IMG/VR virus record: IMGVR_UViG_3300032039_000173
Coordinates: 1 to 25,656 of that record
DNA from: a virus
Lineage: Duplodnaviria; Caudoviricetes
Direction: 5' to 3' (one strand)
DNA length: 25,656 nucleotides
The position numbers and the translations under genes are program-made. Of the stretch, positions 16,146-25,656 are shown piece by piece (position 1 is the first letter of the stretch; the number at the start of each line of letters is the position of its first letter). Below the pieces are notes generated by a model, which made no database searches, had not been told where the DNA came from, and saw only the letters and a program-made list of their open reading frames with translations.

Positions 16146-16567
16146 TGGCTGCCAATAAGACTCGGGAACGACTCACCGGCATCGAACTCAAGATGCCGGC
16201 GGCTGCCGTGATCGCCCCTGGCGATGTGCTGGTGTTCGGTCCGGCCGCCGGGCCAACGCTGATCGGCATCGCCAATGATGGCCAGAATCTCTCTACCAAG
16301 CCGCCTTATTATTCCAATAGCGGCTATCTGACGCTGGATTGCGAGGGCGCCTTTAACATCCAGACCAGCGCCGTGGCGAGTAATATCACGCCCGGTACGC
16401 CGATCTATGTTCACCTCGGCACGACCGATGCCACGACCAATATCAGCTATGGCAATACGGTCAACAACACCGCTACGGGTGGACTCCTGATCGGCCTGGC
16501 GGAATCGACTCTGGCGAGCGGCACCTCCGGCGCAGTCCGGGTCAGCTTGAAGGACGGAATCAGTTAA
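16145..16567 (+). CDS. capsid cement/decoration protein (DUF2190-like)
   Basis: I.PGD.LV.G..LIGIA...EGAF...PG.PIY...IG.A...VRV.L; position. Confidence 0.7.
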   Translation: MAANKTRERLTGIELKMPAAAVIAPGDVLVFGPAAGPTLIGIANDGQNLSTKPPYYSNSGYLTLDCEGAFNIQTSAVASNITPGTPIYVHLGTTDATTNISYGNTVNNTATGGLLIGLAESTLASGTSGAVRVSLKDGIS

Positions 16568-16580
16568 AGGAACAAGCACA

Positions 16581-18110
16581 ATGATTTCACTTAGCGATGT
16601 AGCGCAAAATTGGGGCGATTTCAGTTCTCAGATTGGCATGCTTCCTTCCGCCAATCCGCGCCCAGCCTATGAAGGTTTCAATCCAGGACGCGTATCGTCG
16701 GCGGAATTGGGGGCTTGGAGCGGCAGCTCGCCCACCTCCGTCAACGAAGCTGGCTTTCAAAACATGACGCATCGCCTGCGCGAAGTCTATTCCGACACGA
16801 TGCGCCGGCGGCGCTATGAATCCCGCCTTCAGGAAGCAGCACGCATCATCACCCGCGGCTTCAATGGCTCCAAACGCGACCTGTTGAACCTGCAGGAAGC
16901 CATGTCGATCGGTGATTTTCCCAACTTGTTTGGCGATGTCATCGACCGCGCGGTGCTCGCCAATTACACCGAGACGCCCTACACCTGGAACCTGATCGCG
17001 CACGAAGCCGAGGTGAACGACTTCCGTCCGGTGAAGCGCTTCCGCGTGGATGGCGGCACGGGTCTGCTCGGGCCGACGGACGCAACGCTCACTGCCTTCG
17101 GCGGCCTGGTCCCGCTCGAGCGCGGCGCCAACTATCCCGAAGACAGTCTCACCGTTCCGACGCCGTACACCTATGAACTGTTCAAGCGCGGCAAGCGCAT
17201 GCCATTTTACTGGGAAACGTTTGTCAACGACGACCTGCAGGCCATCAAGGATACGCCGGCGCGTTTTGGCCGCGGCGCCAGGCGCGAAGAGGAGTACTTC
17301 TGTACGGCGCTGTTCGCCAATAACGCCAATTTTTTCAACTCTGGCAACAAGAACATCGTGACGGCCGCCTTGGTGGGCGATGGCGGATCGGATCATCCGG
17401 CGCTCTCGATTCATTCCCTCCAGCGGGCCATGATCGTGATGATGAAGCAGGTTGACACCACCGGCCAGCCCATCTCCATCGAAGCCATGACGCTGGTGGT
17501 GCCGCCGTCACTCAAGACCGTCGCCGCGAATATCCTGAACACCGATTACGTGTTCATGGCCGATCAGGGCGGCACGGTGCAGATTCCCGGCGGTTCGACT
17601 AACCCGATGCTGGCGCAAATGTTGCACGCGATGAACTGGGCCAAAAACATCGTGCGTCTGGCTGTCAATTATTATCTGCCGATCATCGACACCACTTATG
17701 GGAATACCGGCTGGTATCTGTTCGCCAATCCCGAATCGGGACGCCCGGCCATCGAGATGGGCTTCCTGCGCGGCCACAAGACGCCGGAACTGTTCATGAA
17801 GCTGCCCAATGCCGTGGCAATCGGTGAAGGCCAGATGGGGCCGGGACCAGGTGTGATGCCGGGAACAGCCAATGCCAATCCCATGGAAGGGGATTTCGAC
17901 ACCGATTCGATCCATTACAAGATCCGCACGGTGAAAGGTGGAACGTTACTCGACCCGCTTATGGCCGTCATGAGCCAGGGCAGCGGTGCAGGCACGTTCT
18001 CGGCGCAGGCTTCGAGTGATACGCCGAGTGGTACTCCGGGTGACAGTATGCGACATCCGGTTGTGGAACCAGCGCATCACGAAGTGAACGAAGGCAAGCA
18101 CAAACGGTAG
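16581..18110 (+). CDS. major capsid protein (HK97 fold, Mu gpT-like)
   Basis: S.GDFPNLFGDV..R.VLA.Y; VNDFRP; VNDDL; LVVPPSL; WYLFANP. Confidence 0.9.
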   Translation: MISLSDVAQNWGDFSSQIGMLPSANPRPAYEGFNPGRVSSAELGAWSGSSPTSVNEAGFQNMTHRLREVYSDTMRRRRYESRLQEAARIITRGFNGSKRDLLNLQEAMSIGDFPNLFGDVIDRAVLANYTETPYTWNLIAHEAEVNDFRPVKRFRVDGGTGLLGPTDATLTAFGGLVPLERGANYPEDSLTVPTPYTYELFKRGKRMPFYWETFVNDDLQAIKDTPARFGRGARREEEYFCTALFANNANFFNSGNKNIVTAALVGDGGSDHPALSIHSLQRAMIVMMKQVDTTGQPISIEAMTLVVPPSLKTVAANILNTDYVFMADQGGTVQIPGGSTNPMLAQMLHAMNWAKNIVRLAVNYYLPIIDTTYGNTGWYLFANPESGRPAIEMGFLRGHKTPELFMKLPNAVAIGEGQMGPGPGVMPGTANANPMEGDFDTDSIHYKIRTVKGGTLLDPLMAVMSQGSGAGTFSAQASSDTPSGTPGDSMRHPVVEPAHHEVNEGKHKR

Positions 18111-18119
18111 CAGGCATGC

Positions 18120-18557
18120 ATGGCCTTCACCTACGATTGGTCCACCGCTCCCGACATCGCTGTGATCCGGCTGATGGTGGGCGATACGGATATGGCCAAT
18201 CCGATCTTCGACGATGCGGAGGTGCAGGGCGTGCTCACGATCAACAGCTCGCAGAACATCATTGTGGGTTTAAGCGGCTACTATCCGTCCACCATGAGCG
18301 GCAACACCTACAGCTACGGGCGCGCGGCCGCCATGCTGCTCAACGGTCTGAGCTCCACCAAGGCCCGTGTCCTCGCCACCAAGGTGCTCGATGTGAGCGT
18401 GGCGCCCGAAGCGGCCTCCAAAGCGCTCAAGGATCTGGGGCAAAGCTACATCGATCAGGAGATTTCCGCCGGCTACTTCTCGGTCGCCGAGATGGGCCAG
18501 GATTCCTTCTGGATGCGCGAGCGGTTGTGGAAAATGCTCTATCGCCAGCAGTCATGA
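18120..18557 (+). CDS. head-tail adaptor
   Basis: FTYD...IRLMVGDTD...IFDDAEV; follows the capsid gene. Confidence 0.75.
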   Translation: MAFTYDWSTAPDIAVIRLMVGDTDMANPIFDDAEVQGVLTINSSQNIIVGLSGYYPSTMSGNTYSYGRAAAMLLNGLSSTKARVLATKVLDVSVAPEAASKALKDLGQSYIDQEISAGYFSVAEMGQDSFWMRERLWKMLYRQQS

Positions 18558-18964
18558 ATCAAAGCTCGACCATCGATTTTGGAGCGCTGGTTCAGGCGGT
18601 CTATGATGCCGGCCTGATGCAATCGACCTGTACCGTCCAGGCGCCGAGCGGCAATCTGGGCGCTTCCGGCGCGCCTGATAACACGTACGTGGATGTGGCT
18701 GGCCTGGTAAATATCGCGTGTATGAACGCTCCGGAATCGGTCGGCAATATCGCGGCAACGGAAGTCAAAAACATTGCCGAGATCATGAGCATCAGCCTGC
18801 GGCATGTGCTCCTGAACGGCTATTTCTCCCAACTCGACGGGCAGAACTGGGGCGAAGTGGGATGGCATGCGATCGTCGATGGCATTGATTACGACATCCT
18901 CGGAGCCGAGCGCGATTCCCAGTTCAGCCAGACCCGGTTGAAGCTGAGGCTGGTGAGCATATGA
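18554..18964 (+). CDS. head closure/stopper protein
   Basis: ATGA overlap at 18554; C-terminal IVDGIDYDILG...TRLKL. Confidence 0.7.
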   Translation: MNQSSTIDFGALVQAVYDAGLMQSTCTVQAPSGNLGASGAPDNTYVDVAGLVNIACMNAPESVGNIAATEVKNIAEIMSISLRHVLLNGYFSQLDGQNWGEVGWHAIVDGIDYDILGAERDSQFSQTRLKLRLVSI

Positions 18965-19389
18965 GCATTTGGGCCAGTGCTACCTGGACGCCGCGCGGAG
19001 ACCTCGGCCGCTTCACCGATGTGACGATTACGCCGGTGGCGCTTGAAACCGTAAGGCAAGCCGGCGAAATGGTTCAGGATGCAGCCAAGCGCCTCTGCCC
19101 GGTCGCGACCGGAAGATTGCGCGATTCGATCCTCGTTCAAGTCCAGCAGACGGAGAAATCGGCACGCGCCACCATTGCGCCTACGATGGGATACGCCGGC
19201 TATGTGGAGTTCGGTACCGGGATTCGGGGCGCTTCTTCACCGGGCGCCGGCCAGGGCCCGTACTCGCCCACCTGGCCCGGCATGCCCGCGCAACCTTACA
19301 TGCGTCCGGCATTTGACGAACAGAAGGAAGCCATCAAAGATCTCTTCCGCGCCAATGTCTCGACGGCGATCAGGAGTCCTTATGCATGA
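18961..19389 (+). CDS. HK97 gp10-like neck protein
   Basis: AKRLCPVATGRLRDSI, YAGYVEFGT, MPAQPYMRPA. Confidence 0.9.
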   Translation: MSIWASATWTPRGDLGRFTDVTITPVALETVRQAGEMVQDAAKRLCPVATGRLRDSILVQVQQTEKSARATIAPTMGYAGYVEFGTGIRGASSPGAGQGPYSPTWPGMPAQPYMRPAFDEQKEAIKDLFRANVSTAIRSPYA

Positions 19390-19820
19390 GCACGCCGCTC
19401 AAGCACAAGTTGCGCACTGCGGCAGCGGCCGATGCGGGACTGTCAGCGCTTTTGGGCACTGCGCCCTTCCGTTGGTACAACGTTCAACTCCTGCAGGGCA
19501 GCCAATTACCAGCGGTGGTGGTGCAGATTATCTCGACCGTTCCGAAGCACGGTTACACGCTGCGGGCCCAGAATCCGGTCGAGAATCGCGTGCAGTTCAC
19601 GATCTGGGGCGGCCAGGGCGATGCGGGATGCCAATCGGCCTACGACGTCGAGGCTGCACTCAAAACGTTTCTCGACGCCTTCGATGCGATCGGGATCGCC
19701 AATCTGGCGCGCTATCCCAACTACATCACGCTCGAGCGCGACGGCTTTTTCATCCAGACCGATACGGGCATTTACCAGCGGCTGCTCGACGTGATGATCT
19801 GGAACGACGAAACGACCTAA
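19386..19820 (+). CDS. tail terminator/completion protein (DUF3168-like)
   Basis: LPAVVVQIIS...RVQFTIW; position before the tail tube gene. Confidence 0.75.
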   Translation: MSTPLKHKLRTAAAADAGLSALLGTAPFRWYNVQLLQGSQLPAVVVQIISTVPKHGYTLRAQNPVENRVQFTIWGGQGDAGCQSAYDVEAALKTFLDAFDAIGIANLARYPNYITLERDGFFIQTDTGIYQRLLDVMIWNDETT

Positions 19821-19831
19821 GGAGATTCTAA

Positions 19832-20290
19832 ATGCCAGCCGGTGTATCCACAATTGCCGATCATATATCGGTAGCAGGTCTTTTACTCTCGGTAGGAGGC
19901 ACGACCTCTCCGGTTACCTACACGCCGGTATGCAACATCTCCGATCTGACCGTGCCCATCACCGCCACCGAAGTTCTGGTGACGAACGTATCCGACACCT
20001 GGGTGCGGCGCGTGCCCACGCTGCTCGACATGGGCAAGGTCACCTTTAAGATCTTCTGGGTGATGAAAGAGCCTTCGCACTCAAATAGCGCTGGACCCCC
20101 GACAGGATTGCGCTATCTGCTGATGAATCGCATTCTTTCCTCCTGGCAGGTGAGTTATCCGGACGGATCGACGCCGTCGGTGGATCAGTTTCAGGGCTAC
20201 GTTACGAGCTTTCAGATCACGGGCAAAGTGGGCGGTGTATTTGAGGCCACCTGTGGGATCGGCACTACCGGCACGCCGACATTGGTCTAG
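19832..20290 (+). CDS. major tail tube protein
   Basis: VPTLLDMGKVTF...WQVSYPDG...FQGYVTSF...TTGTP; AAGGAG RBS. Confidence 0.85.
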   Translation: MPAGVSTIADHISVAGLLLSVGGTTSPVTYTPVCNISDLTVPITATEVLVTNVSDTWVRRVPTLLDMGKVTFKIFWVMKEPSHSNSAGPPTGLRYLLMNRILSSWQVSYPDGSTPSVDQFQGYVTSFQITGKVGGVFEATCGIGTTGTPTLV

Positions 20291-20292
20291 CT

Positions 20293-20742
20293 ATGGGCGA
20301 GCAGAACGGGAGCGAGCCACGCCAGTATCCGCCTATCAAGTATCCGACCATCGAGATCCCCGGCAAGGGCATTTTCGTGGTGAAGTTCGGGCCGGGCGCG
20401 GCCTTCGATCTGCAGGATATGGGCGTTGCCAATATCGATGCCCTACCCAAACTGTTACAGGAGTGGGTAACACGTGTCGATCCGATCACCGGCGACAAGA
20501 TTATCGGCCGCGCCGATTACATCCAGTTATTCAAAATCTTTGCAGCCGCCATCCGGCATCAGATCGAGATCTCACCGCGGGATCTAGCCTATTGCTTCCA
20601 GGATATGGAGCAATTGTATCCTGTGGCGCATGTCCTTTGGGAAGCCTGGATAAAAGCCTACCCCTCCATCGAGATCAAGCTGCGGGAATCGGCGGCCCGC
20701 GAGCCGGCGGAGGGGAACCAGGTTTCAACGCCGATACAGTAA
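20293..20742 (+). CDS. tail assembly chaperone (gpG-like)
   Basis: Between the tube and tape measure genes; overlapping -1 frame ORF. Confidence 0.75.
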   Translation: MGEQNGSEPRQYPPIKYPTIEIPGKGIFVVKFGPGAAFDLQDMGVANIDALPKLLQEWVTRVDPITGDKIIGRADYIQLFKIFAAAIRHQIEISPRDLAYCFQDMEQLYPVAHVLWEAWIKAYPSIEIKLRESAAREPAEGNQVSTPIQ

Positions 20743-21137
20743 AACCCGACTGGTTAAGGCTGTGGGCGCTGTGGACCGCGCCTGCGCCTTTGGGGCTAGG
20801 CATCGCTCCTGAAAAACTCTGGTCGCTCTCCTGGCGGGAGCTCGAAGCCTTACAGGAACGCTACGACGCCTATCATCGCAACGAGCTCGAGCGCTGGGCC
20901 ACCGAGCGCGCCGACCTGCACAATGCCTGGATGACGCGCAAGGACGGCCAGCCATGGACGCCGGAAGATTTCCTGCCGGAGAGCGCCGATACTGCGCTAA
21001 GAAAAGCCGAACGCGCCAAAGCGCGCATCCAGGCCGCCCGCGATCAGGCTGAGGTAACGATGCTCAATGCGCGGCTTGCCGCCATGCGGCCGGGCGATAC
21101 CGAGGGTGTGCCCGAGTGGGCATTGAGGATTAAGTAA
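20712..21137 (+). CDS. gpT-like extension reached by -1 frameshift
   Basis: -1 frame is open to 21137 (LGIAPEKLWSLSWREL...WTPEDFLP); GGGGAAC at 20712-20718. Confidence 0.65.
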   Translation, partial: GEPGFNADTVKPDWLRLWALWTAPAPLGLGIAPEKLWSLSWRELEALQERYDAYHRNELERWATERADLHNAWMTRKDGQPWTPEDFLPESADTALRKAERAKARIQAARDQAEVTMLNARLAAMRPGDTEGVPEWALRIK

Positions 21138-23644
21138 TGGCGGCAGGCGACAATATCGGCAACCTCGTTGTCTTAATCGACGGCGACTGGACCGATCTAC
21201 AGTCGGCGATTGACCTGGCTGCGGCAGCATCCGAAGCAGGGGCTCAGGAGATCGCCTCCGCCTTCACCACCGCCGCTACTCAGGCTACGCCGCCCGTCGA
21301 GCAACTGGGCGAAACCACTCAGCACGCCGGAGAGGAAGCCGGCCATGCTGGTGAAGCCTTCGGCAGCTTCGGCGAATCGCTCAAATTCGCGGCGGAATTG
21401 GCCGGTCTCAATGTCGGCTTGGAGCAGGTTGTCGATTGGTTCAAGGAATTTGTCAGCGAGGCTTTCGATGCGGCGAATCAAATCCAGTTCGTGGATGTGG
21501 CGCTCACTGCGCTGACCGGCAGTGCCGCCTCGGCCTCGAGCATCCTCGAGCACGCTGCTGAAGTCGCCTCCCACACCACCGCCAATTTTCTCGATCTGGC
21601 CAAGAGCGCGCAATCCATGGCGGCCATGGGCATCGAAGCCGGAACCATCAACGAAGCTCTCGAAGCGATGGCCCAGTGGGGCGAGCTCTCCGGCAAGAGC
21701 ATTGATACGCTCACCGGTGCCCTGGAGCGCGTCTATCTCACCGGCGAAATCTCCAAGCGCACCTTCGTTTCTCTTGGCGTCAGCGCCCAGGATATGGCCG
21801 GAGTTCTAGGTGTTTCGACAGACAAGGTCAAAGAGACCATCAAGAACATGGGCGCGGAGTCGAGCACGACGCTCGATGCTTTCGCTCTGGCCATGAAAGA
21901 GAAAGTTGGGGATGCCGCTGATAAGGCGGCCGACACCAATCTGGTGGCCATGAACCGGCTCAAAACCGCCTGGCACGAGTTCGCTGTTACCGTGGGCGAG
22001 AGTTTGAGTTCTACTGGCAATGCGGTGGAGGGTTGGGCGGCCAACGTCGTCAATCATTTGACCAGGGTCTGGAACATGATCCGCGATCCGGCCAAGGAAT
22101 ACGCCAGGGAAGTGGTTGCCGATATGGTCAGTGCACAGGAAGCCATGGGGCATACGATGCGCACGGCCACCCAGGATGCCGAAAATCAGAAAACATCTAT
22201 CCAAAATCTGGCCGCGGCCGCCAACGCTGCCGCTGCCAACACGGAATTCTTAAAGTGGCAGCAGGAGTTTCTCAAAAATTACAAAGATTACGGCCCGGCC
22301 ATCGATGCAGCCGACGCGGCCATCAACAAATTCAATGCCGACCAGTTCCATCTGAATGCGGTCTTCACCGAGACAATCGATACCTACAGCAAAGTGGTAG
22401 CCCAAGGCGGCAACATCGGTGCGGCCTACAGACAGATGGAAGCGGCCGGCAAAGCCCTCGGGCTTTCTGAGCAGGAGATCGCGGATAAAGCCGCAGCCAT
22501 GCTGGGCCAGTTGGGGCAGCTTCCCGTGGTCCTGCCCACGGCGGCCCATGCGCTCGACCAAATGACTGCAGACGCAATGACTGCCGAGGGAGCGCTCGAG
22601 GATTTCGGTTCGAGCTTAGGCCGCAACGTAGCCGATCCGGCCGTGGCTGCGATGGAACGGATTCACGACCAGACGGTTAAGAATCAGCTGGCATTCAACG
22701 ATTACCTGACGGTCTATGCGCGGCTGGCGGCTTCCTCGACTGCCTCTTCCGGGGAACTGACCTTGGCGTGGAAGGATCTCAAAGCCGCCGCCGATGCACT
22801 CGGCCTTTCAATGACGGAACTTATCGCCGACGTCCAGCAACTCAACGGCGACATGGGCAACCTGCCCATCGTGACCGCTGATGCGCAGGGCGGCGTGCAT
22901 AAACTCATGGGTGAGATCGACGTGGTCAAAACCCACGGTCTCGATATGGCCCAGCAGATCGGCCGTGCCATCGAGAACGATTTATCCAAAGCTCTCGGCG
23001 ACATTATTTTTCAGACCGGCAACATCAGTGACGCCTTCAAGAAACTGGGCCGGGACGTGGTGGATGTGATTCTCAACCACATCATCAAAGACGCGCTCGA
23101 TCCGCTGATGAAATCCCTCGATGACGTGCTTAGCAAGGTATTTTCCCTCACGCCCACCTCAGGGGCCGCTTCCGCTGCCTCGAGCGGCGCGAGCGGGGCC
23201 GCTTCGGGTGCAGGGGGAGCTCTGAGCGGGGTCGGCGGCGCCGTTATGAGCGGGGCCATGGGCTGGGCCAGCATCGGCATCGGTGCGGTGAGCGCGGTCT
23301 CCGGCATCATCTCCAACTTCCAGATGGCGCATCAGACCGACATCCTGCGCTCCATCGAACTCAATACGCGCGAAACGGCCATGTTCATCGGCGGCTTAGG
23401 CGGCGGGGGAGTCCAGGACTGGCTGCAGATTATTGCAACGAATACGACGCCGCTGCTAGACATCAACACCTGGATTCACGATGCCACCGTGCAAACTCTC
23501 GATCATCTTTCGAGCATCGATACAACGCTTAAAAAGCAGCCCATCAACGTCACCATCAACATCCAGGGTGCAACCAACCCGCAGGGAGTGGCCGAGGCGG
23601 TGGCGGCATATCTAAAGACTATCTCTCCCGCCTTCTCCCCGTAA
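21137..23644 (+). CDS. tape measure protein, 835 aa
   Basis: IGNLVVLIDGD N-terminus; Ala-rich helical; C-terminal INVTINIQG. Confidence 0.9.
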   Translation: MAAGDNIGNLVVLIDGDWTDLQSAIDLAAAASEAGAQEIASAFTTAATQATPPVEQLGETTQHAGEEAGHAGEAFGSFGESLKFAAELAGLNVGLEQVVDWFKEFVSEAFDAANQIQFVDVALTALTGSAASASSILEHAAEVASHTTANFLDLAKSAQSMAAMGIEAGTINEALEAMAQWGELSGKSIDTLTGALERVYLTGEISKRTFVSLGVSAQDMAGVLGVSTDKVKETIKNMGAESSTTLDAFALAMKEKVGDAADKAADTNLVAMNRLKTAWHEFAVTVGESLSSTGNAVEGWAANVVNHLTRVWNMIRDPAKEYAREVVADMVSAQEAMGHTMRTATQDAENQKTSIQNLAAAANAAAANTEFLKWQQEFLKNYKDYGPAIDAADAAINKFNADQFHLNAVFTETIDTYSKVVAQGGNIGAAYRQMEAAGKALGLSEQEIADKAAAMLGQLGQLPVVLPTAAHALDQMTADAMTAEGALEDFGSSLGRNVADPAVAAMERIHDQTVKNQLAFNDYLTVYARLAASSTASSGELTLAWKDLKAAADALGLSMTELIADVQQLNGDMGNLPIVTADAQGGVHKLMGEIDVVKTHGLDMAQQIGRAIENDLSKALGDIIFQTGNISDAFKKLGRDVVDVILNHIIKDALDPLMKSLDDVLSKVFSLTPTSGAASAASSGASGAASGAGGALSGVGGAVMSGAMGWASIGIGAVSAVSGIISNFQMAHQTDILRSIELNTRETAMFIGGLGGGGVQDWLQIIATNTTPLLDINTWIHDATVQTLDHLSSIDTTLKKQPINVTINIQGATNPQGVAEAVAAYLKTISPAFSP

Positions 23645-23648
23645 AACC

Positions 23649-25656
23649 ATGGCCATCGCAGTCGTTATCGCCAATATCGATCGCTCGAGCTACCTCGATC
23701 ATGCCGAAAGCGGCAAGGGCGGCCAGACCCGATACTCGACGGCCACGGGGCAGCGCGGCACCGCCACGGTTTCGCTGCGCACGCATCCCGGCGACACCTA
23801 TGCTCCGCTGGTGGGCAACCCCATCAGTCTCTATGACCAGGCCGGACATCGCGTCTTTGGGGGCATCATCACCGGAATCGTCAAGACCAACGAAGGCAAT
23901 ACGCAGGAGATCTCTTACGTATGTACCTGTGCGAGCTTCGAGCGCATGCTCGATAAGCACCGCATCACGCCGGCTTCCTACTTCAACCAGACCGCTGACT
24001 ACATCTTCAAGGCCATCTTCAATTCTCTGCCCGGCGAAACCATTACGCTGGGCCAGGTAGATGCCGGGCCCGTTATTGCGAGCGCGGTATATCGCCATGA
24101 AGTCGTAACGGATGTTTTCAACAATCTGGCCACGGAAGCGAACTTTATCTGGGGTGTCGATCCCGCCACCGAACAGCTTTACTTCCGGTCTCCTACCAGC
24201 GTCAATGCGCCCTTCGATCTAACGGGTAATCCGGCTACGGGAGCCGGCGCTCTGTTTGATACGGTCCAATGGGACACCGCGCAGCAGGATTTCCGCTCGC
24301 GGCAATACATCACCGTCAATCTGCAGCCCAGCATGCTCGATACAGATCTGATCACGGGAGACGGCACGACCACGACGTTTACGCTGAGCCATCCGGCCGA
24401 TACCGTGGCGGCAGTAACCATCCTGGGGGGCGCCGCTACCTCCGTGGGCACCTCCACGGCGGCCGATCTGAACACCGCCTTTATCAACGTCACCTCGGTG
24501 ATTTACCACCTGGTGAAGACTTTCGATGGAACCAGCGGAGAGATCCAGGTTCTGCTTAGCGGCTATCTTTCGACAACGCTACAAAACCTCGCGGATGCGA
24601 TCAACGGGGCGCCTAAAACCGGAAGCAACTATCAGGTGAACAGCGGAGCGCCCGTTCCTCCCAATCCCAAAGTCACGGCCTCCCTTAATGGCAACAACAT
24701 CACGGTCACTGCGATCATATCCGGAACATCCGGCAATAGCCTCGAGGTGGGTGACTGGCTGGCGACTACTTCTTATCTGACCTGGTCCGGTCCCAGCGCG
24801 GGAGGCGTTTTGGTCTATCTTTCGGGCGGCTCGGACGGACCAACGCGCGCCACCGTGGATGGCGTTTTTAACGCCGTGGTATCGAACAACGAGACGGCCA
24901 CCATCGACGGCATCACCTACAAGTTTGTCACGCAGCTAGACAACACCATACCGCACCAGGTGCTGATCGGCAGCAATGCCGATACCTGCGCGGTCAATCT
25001 GGTCGAGGCCATCAGTGGCGCGCCGCATCCCGCCGCCGGTAACGATTTTTCGCTCCCCACCGTGCCGCATCCGACCTGCGTGGCGTCCTTTGGCGGCGGC
25101 GGAACCGGCAAAGTTTCTCTCTTCGCCAAAACGCCGGGTTCTCAAGGCAATGCGATCGCTGTTTCCGCCAATTCGCTGTATTTCTTCTGGGGCGCACCAA
25201 ATCTATCGGGCGGCATCGACGGTCCGACCATTGCGGGTACGATCGGCACGGGCGGCACCGGCCAGGATTGGGCCTACGTGGAAGGCGCGAATATTGTTAC
25301 CTCCACTACTCCCTTGCCCGCGGGCGTGATTGCAGCCGTCAGCTATTACCGGCTGGGCGTCGATATCATCGGCGTCGAGAATACCGCGCTCGCTCAGACC
25401 CGGGCCGCGGTCGAAGGCGGCAGCGGGATCTATCAAGCGCTGATCGATGTGAGCTCGACCACTGATCCAGTGGCGAACAATCCGACGGCGGCCATCAGCA
25501 GCGCCAATTCGCTACTGACCAATTACGGATTATTGACCCAGACGTTGACGTTTTACACGGATTCGGCCGGCTGGCAGCCCGGCCAGGCGCTCAAGGTAAA
25601 CATGGCGCCGCCTTTTGATTCCACGCTGAACGGCACCTGGCTCACTTCCCAGATTG
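23649..25656 (+). CDS. tail tip/baseplate hub protein with two inserted repeat domains, 3'-partial
   Basis: Partly hand-translated, same frame at start, middle and end: RVFGGII...FERMLD...LATEANFIWGVD...LYF...GWQPGQALKV; absent from the track, consistent with no stop in the window. Confidence 0.75.
   Translation, partial: MAIAVVIANIDRSSYLDHAESGKGGQTRYSTATGQRGTATVSLRTHPGDTYAPLVGNPISLYDQAGHRVFGGIITGIVKTNEGNTQEISYVCTCASFERMLDKHRITPASYFNQTADYIFKAIFNSLPGETITLGQVDAGPVIASAVYRHEVVTDVFNNLATEANFIWGVDPATEQLYFRSPTSVNAPFDLTGNPATGAGALFDTVQWDTAQQDFRSRQYITVNLQPSMLDTDLITGDGTTTTFTLSHPADTVAAVTILGGAATSVGTSTAADLNTAFINVTSVIYHLVKTFDGTSGEIQVLLSGYLSTTLQNLADAINGAPKTGSNYQVNSGAPVPPNPKVTASLNGNNITVTAIISGTSGNSLEVGDWLATTSYLTWSGPSAGGVLVYLSGGSDGPTRATVDGVFNAVVSNNETATIDGITYKFVTQLDNTIPHQVLIGSNADTCAVNLVEAISGAPHPAAGNDFSLPTVPHPTCVASFGGGGTGKVSLFAKTPGSQGNAIAVSANSLYFFWGAPNLSGGIDGPTIAGTIGTGGTGQDWAYVEGANIVTSTTPLPAGVIAAVSYYRLGVDIIGVENTALAQTRAAVEGGSGIYQALIDVSSTTDPVANNPTAAISSANSLLTNYGLLTQTLTFYTDSAGWQPGQALKVNMAPPFDSTLNGTWLTSQI

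Noticed and set aside
11095-17915. Long antisense ORFs (11095-12000, 14442-15392, 16587-17414 and others)
   Set aside because: Shadow frames of high-GC portal, protease and capsid genes; no motifs
18095-18125. Additional 8-bp box (AGCAGGCA) before the head-tail adaptor
   Set aside because: A single match to a degenerate consensus, not a tandem array; expected by chance
3406-20292. Track start sites 3406, 3908, 5720, 7014, 7292, 9578, 18116 and 20235
   Set aside because: They overlap upstream genes or promoters; downstream starts have better RBS or coupling

Overview
The whole window is a contiguous piece of a tailed dsDNA phage or prophage with siphovirus-like organisation, almost all on the + strand. 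Order: GHKL/MORC-type ATPase, VRR-NUC nuclease, DUF1376-type replication initiator with a probable internal origin, TerS/TerL, a ~5 kb accessory block between terminase and portal, portal, a second accessory block, prohead protease/scaffold, cement protein, major capsid, head-tail connectors, tail tube, frameshifted tail chaperones, tape measure and a truncated tail hub. No integrase, lysin, tRNA or CRISPR was recognised. Highlights: (1) at the MuF position there is an apparently intact SixA-type phosphohistidine phosphatase with a MuF-like Cys/His module inserted inside it; (2) tandem in-phase 8-bp palindromic boxes (WGYNNRCW) lie on four promoter/start regions, together with small ribbon-helix-helix genes missed by the ORF track; (3) the RHH operon has acr/aca-like architecture; (4) a fibre cassette is bracketed by exact 29-bp repeats; (5) a probable nucleotide-signal sponge and a GT2 glycosyltransferase are present. 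All family calls come from motif recognition by eye, not from database searches.
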